Shown: piece after piece, positions 39,398 through 48,173 of the stretch | Position numbering within the stretch: position 1 is the first letter of the stretch | Layout of the letters: each line of letters begins with the position of its first letter | NCBI GenBank assembly: GCA_039030255.1 | Contig: JBCCEO010000001.1 | Span: 1 to 61,495 of the forward strand | Length of the DNA: 61,495 bases | Direction: 5' to 3' | Source of the DNA: Planctomycetota bacterium | Lineage (GTDB): Bacteria; Planctomycetota; Planctomycetia; Pirellulales; Pirellulaceae | Position numbers and translations under genes: made by a program | Notes under the pieces: model-generated | Databases searched by the model: none | What the model was told of the DNA's origin: nothing | What the model saw: the letters and a program-made list of their open reading frames with translations, nothing else

Positions 39398-40609
39398 TTA
39401 TTGATTATCTGCGTGGGTGGCGTCGAGAATCATCTCATAAGCCTCCGGCAATGCGCTGGTCACACGGGACCAGGATGGGCTAAACGGTGGTTCGGCTCCA
39501 CCCGCCAGGAATTCGTCGCCGGCTGCGATAAGAATCCGACCGAAGAGCTCTACGATGCCCGCTTCTTTATGTCGATCGACGGACAGCCCACTCATCACTG
39601 CATCGTTGCAGTAGTGGTCGATCATATCGAGTGCGGTCCGATAGTAGCAGGCCTTTAATGTTCGGAAGAGGCCCGGAGTAAACACAATGCCCTCGATGGC
39701 CAGTTTTCGATAGAGGGCTTTGCAAATATCGCGAGCCATCCGGTGCAATCCTCGGTTCGCGTCGTTTTCAGAGACGTTTTGGTGTTTGTGGTCATAAGCA
39801 TCCGCGATGTCAACTTGGCAAATTCGATTCAAATTGCAGTTGCGGTACATTTCCGAAAGCGTGCCGATCTCAAGCCCCCAGTCGCTCGGGATTCGCAACG
39901 AGGGTACCACTTCGGCGTGCATGGAAAACTCACCTGAGAGGGCGTAACGAAAACTTCCCATATAGTCCAAGTACTCCACGCGACCGAGCACTTGTTTTAA
40001 GGCTCGAATCATCGGCGTGACCAGCAGACGCACGACTCGACCGTTAAGCTTGCCTTCAGCGGCTCGGAAGTAGTAGCCTTTGCAAAACTGGTAGTGAAAA
40101 GTAGGGTGCACTAAGGGGTAAAAAAGACGTGCGGGAATCGCTCGGCTGTAGGTCAAGATATCGCAGTCGTGTAAGGCGACCGCTTTGGAACTTCCTTTGG
40201 CCAAGAAGTAGCCCAGGCAAAACCAGACGTTTCTTCCTTTGCCCAATTCCCCTGCCTCGATTCCACGTTCGACCAGAGCTCGATCTAGAGATCGCAGTCT
40301 CGGACCGTCGTTCCAGAGAATCGTGTGCTTTTGCGGAAGCACAGAGAAAAATTTCCGAGCTTGCTCAAATTGCTCTTCGTTGGCCCGGTCCAGGCCAACA
40401 ATGATTTCCTCTAGATAGGTGGCATGCTTGAGTTCCTCCACGATAGGGCCCATGGCCGGGCCTTCTAATTCCGAGAAGAGGCAGGGCAGCAGCAGGGTCA
40501 TGGGAGATTCAACACTAAAGTCGTGCAACTCGGACTCAAGCCCCTCTAGCGACTTGTTGCGCAAGTTGTGAAGGGTTCCGATGACGCCGTTCTGAGCGTA
40601 GTCAGCCAA
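39398..40609 (-). CDS. gpgS: Glucosyl-3-phosphoglycerate synthase-like glycosyltransferase
   Basis: DYAQNG.I.TLH, LPCLFSEL, GKGRNVW, LHDCDI, KGYY.R, GRVVRLLVTP, RYALSGEF, DWGLEIG, YDHKHQ; context with phosphatase and phosphorylase. Confidence 0.8.
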   Translation of the reverse strand: MADYAQNGVIGTLHNLRNKSLEGLESELHDFSVESPMTLLLPCLFSELEGPAMGPIVEELKHATYLEEIIVGLDRANEEQFEQARKFFSVLPQKHTILWNDGPRLRSLDRALVERGIEAGELGKGRNVWFCLGYFLAKGSSKAVALHDCDILTYSRAIPARLFYPLVHPTFHYQFCKGYYFRAAEGKLNGRVVRLLVTPMIRALKQVLGRVEYLDYMGSFRYALSGEFSMHAEVVPSLRIPSDWGLEIGTLSEMYRNCNLNRICQVDIADAYDHKHQNVSENDANRGLHRMARDICKALYRKLAIEGIVFTPGLFRTLKACYYRTALDMIDHYCNDAVMSGLSVDRHKEAGIVELFGRILIAAGDEFLAGGAEPPFSPSWSRVTSALPEAYEMILDATHADNQ

Positions 40610-40694
40610 GCTTTTCTCCTAGTCCATGGTGAAAATTGAAGACATTTGCAAGCGAATTAAATGCCTCCACTTGTCCCGCATCAAAATTCCAGCG

Positions 40695-41489
40695 CTACGG
40701 GATTTTCAATTCATCCAAAACGGCAGCGACACTTTCCGCCCAACCAAGTGCCCCTGCTCGCTGTGCTACCCGACTATTGTGGCCTTTCATTTGGACGTGC
40801 ACTACCCCATCGGCTGCGGGTATGCCAATTGGGTAGTTGGCAATGTCAAGCATGCTTTGATCAATTGGACTATCGCCAATGGCAAGCGTCAGAATGTTGG
40901 AAGCGTCTTGCATTATATGCCTCTCCAGGACTGATTCTAGACCGCGGCCTTTGGAGGTGGGGCCAGCGACGTGCCAGAATCGGCCTCCTCGAGTCAGGCT
41001 CAGCGAATTTCTTTCCAGAGCCTCCGCAAATCTATCTAGTTTGTCTGCATTATCGTTCCAAAGTAGCGGTTCCGTAGAAGTTCGTTGCAAGGCCAAGACT
41101 GCGCGCTCTTCAGGAAGATCAGTGCTTTTCATTACACCTGGGACTCCAAGATCCGCGAAGGAGTCGAATTGAAAGTCACGCTTCAAGTTGTTCAGCACCT
41201 GCAAGATTTTGGTGCGTTCTATACCCAGAATGCTGACCTCTGAATCTTTCCCATGCCCCCAATAAATCGCCCCGCCGTTCTCGCAAATCAAAGGTGCATT
41301 GCGTAATTGCATCTCGCCGGCAAGTAAACGCATTTCGGCAACGGTCTTGCTGGAAGCCAAGATAAGTGGGATCTCTGCGCGGTGAATGCGTTCTAGAACG
41401 GGAATCGCGGGCTTAAAGCTGTAGTCGTGCTTGTTGAGCAAGCATCCATCTAAATCCGAAAAGATGAGCACTTCGTTGTTCATAATCAT
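40695..41489 (-). CDS. HAD-IIB mannosyl/glucosyl-3-phosphoglycerate phosphatase (MpgP/GpgP family)
   Basis: IFSDLDGCLL, SSKT.AE, ENGG, GGRFWH, KG, AIGDSP.D..ML, G..GW. Confidence 0.88.
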   Translation of the reverse strand: MIMNNEVLIFSDLDGCLLNKHDYSFKPAIPVLERIHRAEIPLILASSKTVAEMRLLAGEMQLRNAPLICENGGAIYWGHGKDSEVSILGIERTKILQVLNNLKRDFQFDSFADLGVPGVMKSTDLPEERAVLALQRTSTEPLLWNDNADKLDRFAEALERNSLSLTRGGRFWHVAGPTSKGRGLESVLERHIMQDASNILTLAIGDSPIDQSMLDIANYPIGIPAADGVVHVQMKGHNSRVAQRAGALGWAESVAAVLDELKIP

Positions 41490-41521
41490 CCTTGTTGGTA
41501 TGGTTCAGTCGCCAGGGAGTG

Positions 41522-43315
41522 CTAAAACCTCGCGTTCTTTGGAAACTCGCGGCGAATGTGTTGTTCACGCGGGTACAACAAGTCGTTTTCTGACTCCAAA
41601 GGTGCAACGAGATTGAGATTCTCGTAGAGATTGGGCCTTCGGATAGACCGATAGATGGACCAGCCGTAGCGACTGCCCAGAGGACTCATGCAATTCAGTT
41701 CGAAGACACGTTCCGGATTCTCACTGCCGGTGATTTCAAAAATGCGAGCCCACTGACGATCTGCTGGAACATTGTCATCTGGAGTGCCATCTGCCAATTC
41801 GATATGTCCACCATCGGTTACCAGAATGTTCTGCGTCTGCGGTAGCAGGTCGGCTTCACAGTAGAAGGGGCAATAAAAAGGATTGTTTTCGCCACCGTCG
41901 TAGACATACACCTGTTCGACCGTCATGGCGTCTTCATCAATTTTGTATTCCACCACGCGACTGCGATTTTCGGTGGCAAATGTTGCTTTCTCAAATGGAC
42001 TGGCCCGGTAGTTGCCATTGTCGTACATCATCAATGTACCTCGAGTTGTCATTTGGGGTGCATGTTGATGATAGAACCATTGCAAGTCGCCGACCGGTTT
42101 GAGTAGATATTTCTGCCAAGGTTTGCTCCAGTTGTCATGATTGCCAAGGATCCATTTAATCTTCTTAGTCTCCCAATCAATCTTGAATATGCAATCCAAA
42201 TGTCGGAATGAGACGAGAATCGCGTTTTCTTCTGGCAAATGTACCAAAGCGTTCGCATGACTCCAGTCACGAGCTCTTTCTTCGTTGATGTACTGGTTGT
42301 ACTTGTCCTTCCAGAATCCGCTTAGTGCCATATAACCAAATCGGTTTGGGTCAAGGATATTGGTGAGGTGTAATTGGTTGTTTATTTTTCCGTTGTTGGG
42401 ATCAAACTCAATGACCCGATCGCAAACTACATAGGCAGGTTCCCAAGGAGCATCGCGTTCAAATTCGCTCGTAGGATATTGTTGGAAGTGCCGAAGTTCG
42501 GTTGCAAGAGTAAGAAAATTGCCATCATTTTTTTCGAGTAGATCATGGTGAATCGTGTCGATTTCGACTGGGATAGAGGGATTTATTGCGAGACCGTCAT
42601 TAGGCATTTTGGTGAGATTTGTTGCAATCCAGCGTCGACGGTCCCTGCCGAGTAAGTCGATTTCGTAGGCATAGCGGTAGCTCCCATGCTGATAAAGTAG
42701 GTTGCCCGCTTTTGTAAATCGCATGTCGGCAATGCGATCGGTTGTATGGCAAAACCAAACGACATCGCCCCGATTGTCGACAGCAATGATGTAGCCGTAA
42801 TCCAGCATGCTGGTCGAATTATCCCAAAAATTGACGGCGAAGAAGGTAACGCCAGGTTCCATCTTCTCGGGTTTGGCTAATATCGTTCGAATAGGTGGAA
42901 AGCTATTGGGAAGCGGCTCGGTTATGAATTCGAGCGCCTTGCTTTGAGTAATCTTTGTGTCGCCCGATTTGTTCGCAAGAACACGAATCGCATGCCGGAG
43001 CCCTGGCCGCAGTCCCACAACTGGAATGGAGTGCTTTTTCTGGGGGCCGGTGATAGGAGGTTGTTTCCAGCGGTTCTGGCCGTCGGAGACTTCGACACTC
43101 ACTAGGACTTCGACGTCAGTTTCAAATTCGACAATAGCAACCAAAGGAGCCCGTCGAATCGGATTGGGCCTGACGGTTGGTTCACGAACGAAAACTATGT
43201 CGGCTTGAGGAGCAGGTTGTGCTGATGTTTGAGCTGAAAGGTTTGCCAGAGGAAACAGCAAGAAGGCAAGGCTATAGAACAGGGGCAAAGGTCGATTTGT
43301 ATGGGGGTGCCGCAT
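41522..43315 (-). CDS. Secreted aryl-sulfate sulfotransferase (ASST family)
   Basis: Signal peptide, NP...APLVA N-terminal Ig-like part, IHHD, DWSHAN, ISF-like VSFRH, KWILG, YHQHAP, YDNG, SRVVEYKIDE; ATG 43315 likely. Confidence 0.88.
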   Translation of the reverse strand: MRHPHTNRPLPLFYSLAFLLFPLANLSAQTSAQPAPQADIVFVREPTVRPNPIRRAPLVAIVEFETDVEVLVSVEVSDGQNRWKQPPITGPQKKHSIPVVGLRPGLRHAIRVLANKSGDTKITQSKALEFITEPLPNSFPPIRTILAKPEKMEPGVTFFAVNFWDNSTSMLDYGYIIAVDNRGDVVWFCHTTDRIADMRFTKAGNLLYQHGSYRYAYEIDLLGRDRRRWIATNLTKMPNDGLAINPSIPVEIDTIHHDLLEKNDGNFLTLATELRHFQQYPTSEFERDAPWEPAYVVCDRVIEFDPNNGKINNQLHLTNILDPNRFGYMALSGFWKDKYNQYINEERARDWSHANALVHLPEENAILVSFRHLDCIFKIDWETKKIKWILGNHDNWSKPWQKYLLKPVGDLQWFYHQHAPQMTTRGTLMMYDNGNYRASPFEKATFATENRSRVVEYKIDEDAMTVEQVYVYDGGENNPFYCPFYCEADLLPQTQNILVTDGGHIELADGTPDDNVPADRQWARIFEITGSENPERVFELNCMSPLGSRYGWSIYRSIRRPNLYENLNLVAPLESENDLLYPREQHIRREFPKNARF

Positions 43316-43551
43316 CAAACATTCGCCTGAATAGAAGTCGGGATTCGTTGCGGAAAGCGCGCATTGCGCCTCCGACGGATCGCGTGCCTCGAAAGCCGTT
43401 GGCACAACTGGGCGCTCATTATATTCGAGATGGGACGAATAATCAGCGTCCCCAAGAGCATTTGGAATCCAGTACAAGAGCGTCAGGCTGGCCCTCGGCG
43501 TTTTGCTGAGCTAACGCTGCTTACTGGCGTTCCTGCCGTCTGCTTTCCTAA

Positions 43552-44496
43552 TCAAGTTAGAATGCCATTGCCTTCCGACGCATTTGCGGGCACAGGAGAC
43601 ACGGGTGCAACTGTTGCAATGGGCGGCACGGCGGTTGGTTCTTGTGCGGGTGCCTGTAGGTCATGCTCAGGCTCAGTTAGTATCTGCGGTGCGTTAGCCT
43701 CCTGGCTTTGAATGCTTGGAATATCAAAGGCTGGAGCTTGCAAATGGCCGTTGAAGTAGAGTTCTTCGTAGTGCTGCAACAGTTCATCGAAGTCATTGAT
43801 GAAGTGCAGTAAATCGTTCGGATCCAGTTTTTGTAGAGCGAGCATCCGCTGGATACGTCGGTGTGTGGGCAGGACATGGCGGTCTGGCCTGTGCGGAGGC
43901 TCAATCACAACGACATCAGAAGGGCTAGTTCCTTCATAACAGGTTACGCAGGGAACGGCATTCACCGCATACATGAATTGCCGGAAGAAGTAATCGGCTT
44001 GGTAGACTTTGTTGGCATCCCGAAGTACACGAACAATGTGTGTTGGACTAGAAACCAAACAGACTTGATTCACACCGTGCTCGATGAAGATCTTACCTGC
44101 AGTGGCCAGTTCCTCAACTGTGTTTTGGGATATCGTGTCAATTACGATTCGACCCAGCAAATCTTCTTTGAGTTGTTGCCAAGAGTGCTGGTCTCTTGCT
44201 TCGACGACCTGCTCACACCATGGCTTGAAGTTCAACAGATTGTCGAAGTGGGATATCAGATACTCAAGCGTGTATTCGCTTTCAAGAAGTTCTTGCCCGG
44301 TTTTCTCCGAGTTGGTGTAGCGGTATTCCTTGGATGAGGCCCCAGAACCCAACACAATGACTTCCGCATCGTTGCAATAGGCGGTCAATAATCCTTGAGG
44401 CAAGCGACCCATAGCAACGGGCGGATCGCCCCAAACGATATGCCGCCAGTTTTCCGCTCTTAAGTTGCATCCGTGGATCAGCACGCCGGTTCGCAT
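43552..44496 (-). CDS. Hypothetical protein with a divergent DUF218/YdcF-like core and a Pro/Ala-rich tail
   Basis: SQNTVEE...VCLVSSPTHIVR resembles the DUF218 S.NT.EN...LVTS..HM.R motif; ATG 44496 likely. Confidence 0.6.
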   Translation of the reverse strand: MRTGVLIHGCNLRAENWRHIVWGDPPVAMGRLPQGLLTAYCNDAEVIVLGSGASSKEYRYTNSEKTGQELLESEYTLEYLISHFDNLLNFKPWCEQVVEARDQHSWQQLKEDLLGRIVIDTISQNTVEELATAGKIFIEHGVNQVCLVSSPTHIVRVLRDANKVYQADYFFRQFMYAVNAVPCVTCYEGTSPSDVVVIEPPHRPDRHVLPTHRRIQRMLALQKLDPNDLLHFINDFDELLQHYEELYFNGHLQAPAFDIPSIQSQEANAPQILTEPEHDLQAPAQEPTAVPPIATVAPVSPVPANASEGNGILT

Positions 44497-44708
44497 GGCT
44501 ATGATTCTTTCCCATCCAAAAAGGGCGAATAGGGGTGATTGAGTCCGTGAAGCGCCTTCGCAATACATTTCACCTAAGATTGGTGCTAGTGGAGCCTAGC
44601 ACTCGGAAAGGGGTTGCTCGCAGACTGCAATTCATATCGCCATCTTTTGCAGGATGCGAAGAAAAGTTGTAACGGTCAGACGGATCACCCTCTGCGTGAA
44701 TTACGTAC

Positions 44709-47114
44709 CTAGCTGGATACACTCGTTGTGTTTGGATTTGTCTTCTTGGCAAATACCATCTGAATGATCGCTGGTAGCAACACAAGATCGGCTAGCACAG
44801 CAGCCAGCAAGACTACGATGAGGTACGTTCCCAGCATGTTGATCGAAAGGTACGTTGAAAACGCTAGGGGGACAAATCCAACCGAGAGAATCAGCGTGGT
44901 CCGTATGATCGCCAAGCCCGTATGTTCCATCGAGAGTCTTAGCGACTCCTCCAGGGATTTGCCGCTCTTCCATTCAATGTTGAATCGGGACAGAAAATGG
45001 ATCGTATCGTCGACAGCCAAGCCAAGCCCCAGTGTTGCCACTGCCAACAAATCGCTGTCAGCGACCTCGCGAAAAACAGTGATCAGGCCACCAATGAGCA
45101 AAAGTGGGGTCAGGTTTGGCAGGGCTGAAATAGAAGCCATGGTGAGGCTACGCAGGCCGAAGGCGATCAGGAAGAAGATGGTCGTGAAGCAGAAGACAAA
45201 TCCTTGCATATGACCGCGAATGATCTCGCGTACCGCCCGCCCTACCACAGGAGCTGATCCCTTCTGAATGACTTCGATTTCTTTCGGGAATAGACTCTCC
45301 GCCTTTTCAACCATTGCATCGGAAACTTCCGTCATCGCGAGATAGGAAGTTTCTTCAATGCGAATCAAAACTCGCAAATTGCGGCCATCGGGAGTCACTA
45401 AGGAGTTTACTAAATCGGGAGCGATATTACGGAGATATTGGACCGTAGCTCCGGCATGTTCAGGAGATAAAGGCACTCCTTCAGGGTTCTTGTAATCCAG
45501 TTGGGAAAGGAAGAGTTGGACCAGCGCGTCAATGGAAGCCACATTCTCCGAGCCATATTTTTGCTCGCACCAGCCTTTGAATTCTTCAAGTTTTGCAAAA
45601 GTTTCCGGTGTAAGAAGGTCCTCGGGTTCTCCTCGGAGCAAGATTTCCGCCGAGTTGATGCCACCAAAATGGGAATGGAAGAATGCAGTGCTCTTGGTGA
45701 TTGGGTGATTGCTGCGGAAACGCGTGGTTAGATCTGGATCCATATGCAGATCCTTGGCGGCGTAGGTGCAAAGCCCAAGGCCAACAATAAAAATTAGCAG
45801 GGTAATCTTAGGCCTGGCACAACCCACACGCAAACAGGCGAAGGCAATGTTTGACGTAAAGCGCGATGCACTAGCAAAGGCTGTAACTGGTCGGCCCAAG
45901 CGATAAAGTAGATCCAAGAAGATCGGAACCAAAACTACCGATAGAAGCAGGGCGCTTGCGACACCGGCTGCGGTGGAAAAGCCGAATTGCCGAATGGTAT
46001 TGGCGGGGACAAACATCAGCGAGATAAAACCAACAAAGGTCGTGATACTTGTAAGCACGCATGCCCCACCGACTTCAAAGAAGGTCTTCGCGATCGCAGC
46101 TTGGTGTTCCACCCCAGCATTGCGTTCTGCGGTGTAGGAGGAGATCAGATGAATGACATCTGCGGTGCTTATCACCAGAACCATCAATGGCACCGCAGCC
46201 ATCAATACAGAGACCTTTCCGAATAATAGGATGCCAAGAGAAATTCCCCAAGCCATTGAAATCGCGGCTATCAGCAGCGTAATGAGGATGACTTCAATGC
46301 GCCGGAAAACCCAAAAAACGGCCAGTGAAATAAATAGGATTCCCAGAGGCAATAGGATCCAAAGTACGTCATAAATCTCTTGAAACCCATACGCTTGGAG
46401 TGGAACCAAACCTGAACAGTAGTAGCCTTTTTGGCCAAGATTATTGTCTTGAACAATCCGCTCCAAATCCTCGATCAACTGAACTTGATCGGATGGCTGC
46501 ATTACTTGCTTGGCCAATTCGATCAACATGATTTGAGATTTGAGATCTTTTGAGAGCAAGGCTGAGACTTGGGATTTGCTCTCAAGCAGACTCTCGCCGA
46601 GTTTTCTCAATTCCTCCGTACTCGGCTTCGACCGTACTGGCAGAATGGGAATGCTTTTCGGAGTGGTATCGGGAGCCTTTCCCTTCTTGAGCTGGGCGTT
46701 CAGCATCGCTTTCGCCATCGTTCCGCTGAGACCGGCCGATAGTGATGAAGGGCGACTCAAATTCGGAAGGGCCACAACGCTCCGAACGGAATCAAGCTTT
46801 TGAATCTCGTGAGCCGTTTTGCGAATGGCAAACAGTGTTTCAAAATTGAAGAGTTCCACTTCTGTGGTGGCAATCCAAACTAGTGAATCTGGGTTGCCCG
46901 GAAAGAGATCCTCCATCGCCTGGGCACGCACCGAGTCTTCAGGATTATCAACAAAGGATTCTACAATCGACGGCGAAAACTCGGCTTTAGTCAGCATCCA
47001 GACAGAGGGCGCAGTTAATAGTGCGATTACAGCAAGCACAAGCCAGGAACGCCCAAGTATGAAACTCAGGCACCGCGAAGCGAAAGATGTTGTAGGACTG
47101 GAAGTAGAGCTCAA
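44709..47114 (-). CDS. MMPL/RND-family transporter (intact)
   Basis: 801 aa, two TM bundles with extracytoplasmic loops, STADVIH, LTSITTFVGF, LPNL.P, GLAVDDTIHF, ADLVLLPA. Confidence 0.9.
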   Translation of the reverse strand: MSSTSSPTTSFASRCLSFILGRSWLVLAVIALLTAPSVWMLTKAEFSPSIVESFVDNPEDSVRAQAMEDLFPGNPDSLVWIATTEVELFNFETLFAIRKTAHEIQKLDSVRSVVALPNLSRPSSLSAGLSGTMAKAMLNAQLKKGKAPDTTPKSIPILPVRSKPSTEELRKLGESLLESKSQVSALLSKDLKSQIMLIELAKQVMQPSDQVQLIEDLERIVQDNNLGQKGYYCSGLVPLQAYGFQEIYDVLWILLPLGILFISLAVFWVFRRIEVILITLLIAAISMAWGISLGILLFGKVSVLMAAVPLMVLVISTADVIHLISSYTAERNAGVEHQAAIAKTFFEVGGACVLTSITTFVGFISLMFVPANTIRQFGFSTAAGVASALLLSVVLVPIFLDLLYRLGRPVTAFASASRFTSNIAFACLRVGCARPKITLLIFIVGLGLCTYAAKDLHMDPDLTTRFRSNHPITKSTAFFHSHFGGINSAEILLRGEPEDLLTPETFAKLEEFKGWCEQKYGSENVASIDALVQLFLSQLDYKNPEGVPLSPEHAGATVQYLRNIAPDLVNSLVTPDGRNLRVLIRIEETSYLAMTEVSDAMVEKAESLFPKEIEVIQKGSAPVVGRAVREIIRGHMQGFVFCFTTIFFLIAFGLRSLTMASISALPNLTPLLLIGGLITVFREVADSDLLAVATLGLGLAVDDTIHFLSRFNIEWKSGKSLEESLRLSMEHTGLAIIRTTLILSVGFVPLAFSTYLSINMLGTYLIVVLLAAVLADLVLLPAIIQMVFAKKTNPNTTSVSS

Positions 47115-47175
47115 AGGGGACTTTTAACTTCGAAGGGATATTTGCTTCGACGGAGAATCTTGCATAAGCGTGAAC

Positions 47176-48171
47176 CTAGCGTTTGAAATGGAGCAGTACT
47201 TTGCGAATTCCCGGTTGGCTCGCCAGTTCAAAGGCCTCTAGGCCTCGCTCGATATCATACTCGCCGTCTATCAATTCGTTCGTTTGGATTCTCTTTGACT
47301 TTAACATGCGAAGTGCTGGTGCAAAGGGCCCGCATCGTGAACCCCGTACTTGGATTTCATCGACGACGACTTTCGTCAGGTCTACATCTGCAAGACCCTC
47401 ATAAGTGCTCTTGAGCACAATTGTCCCCAAGGGTTTCGTAAGCCGAATTGCTTCTTGCATTCCGCGCGGATTTCCGGTCGTATCAACTACCAGATCAAAT
47501 GAACTTGTGGGAAAGGAGTCTGACATCCCGGTCGGCATACCCCAACTTTTCGGCAACTCAAGAGATTTGATTGATCTGCCAATGACAGCCACACAAACTC
47601 CTGATAGTTGCAAGACTCTGGCAACCAGCATTCCCAGACGCCCAGGGCCAAGAACACAAGCGCGAAGGCTTGGAGCGAGCTTTATTTGCTCAGCAATCCG
47701 AATTCCGGCCGCTAGCGGCTCTGTAAAGACGGCGGCGCGATCTTCAAGTTCGGGATCAACGGCAAACAGGTTTTGAACGGGTACCGTCACATAATCGGCC
47801 ATCGCTCCGTCACGGCCAAAAATTCCGAGAACTTCTCGATGCGGATGATGTTCCAAGCCGAACTGGGCGTACTCGGGTGAAAGCACATCCGCAAAGTTGA
47901 TTGAACTGACAACGCGCTTACCAACCCACTTTTGCATCGCGCTCCTCGCTTGGTCATCGGCTACGCCTTTGGCGTGTACTTCTTCGACCGTTCCGACGAA
48001 CTCATGGCCTAAGGTTCCTTGAAAACCAAAATAGCCGCGGACGATCTCCAGGTCCGTGGAGCAAATTCCGGCGACATGAACGCGAATAAGTGCTTCATCC
48101 CCATTTGGTCTGGGCCGCGTTACATCTTGGCGAAAGCTCAGATTTGTCCCATCAAATTGCATAGCTCGCAT
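47176..48171 (-). CDS. Zinc-dependent MDR-family alcohol dehydrogenase
   Basis: AGICSTD, LGHEFVG, FTEPLAA, VLGPGRLG, VVDTTG, GSRCGPF; ATG 48171 lies 2 nt after the upstream TAA. Confidence 0.9.
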   Translation of the reverse strand: MRAMQFDGTNLSFRQDVTRPRPNGDEALIRVHVAGICSTDLEIVRGYFGFQGTLGHEFVGTVEEVHAKGVADDQARSAMQKWVGKRVVSSINFADVLSPEYAQFGLEHHPHREVLGIFGRDGAMADYVTVPVQNLFAVDPELEDRAAVFTEPLAAGIRIAEQIKLAPSLRACVLGPGRLGMLVARVLQLSGVCVAVIGRSIKSLELPKSWGMPTGMSDSFPTSSFDLVVDTTGNPRGMQEAIRLTKPLGTIVLKSTYEGLADVDLTKVVVDEIQVRGSRCGPFAPALRMLKSKRIQTNELIDGEYDIERGLEAFELASQPGIRKVLLHFKR

Positions 48172-48173
48172 AT

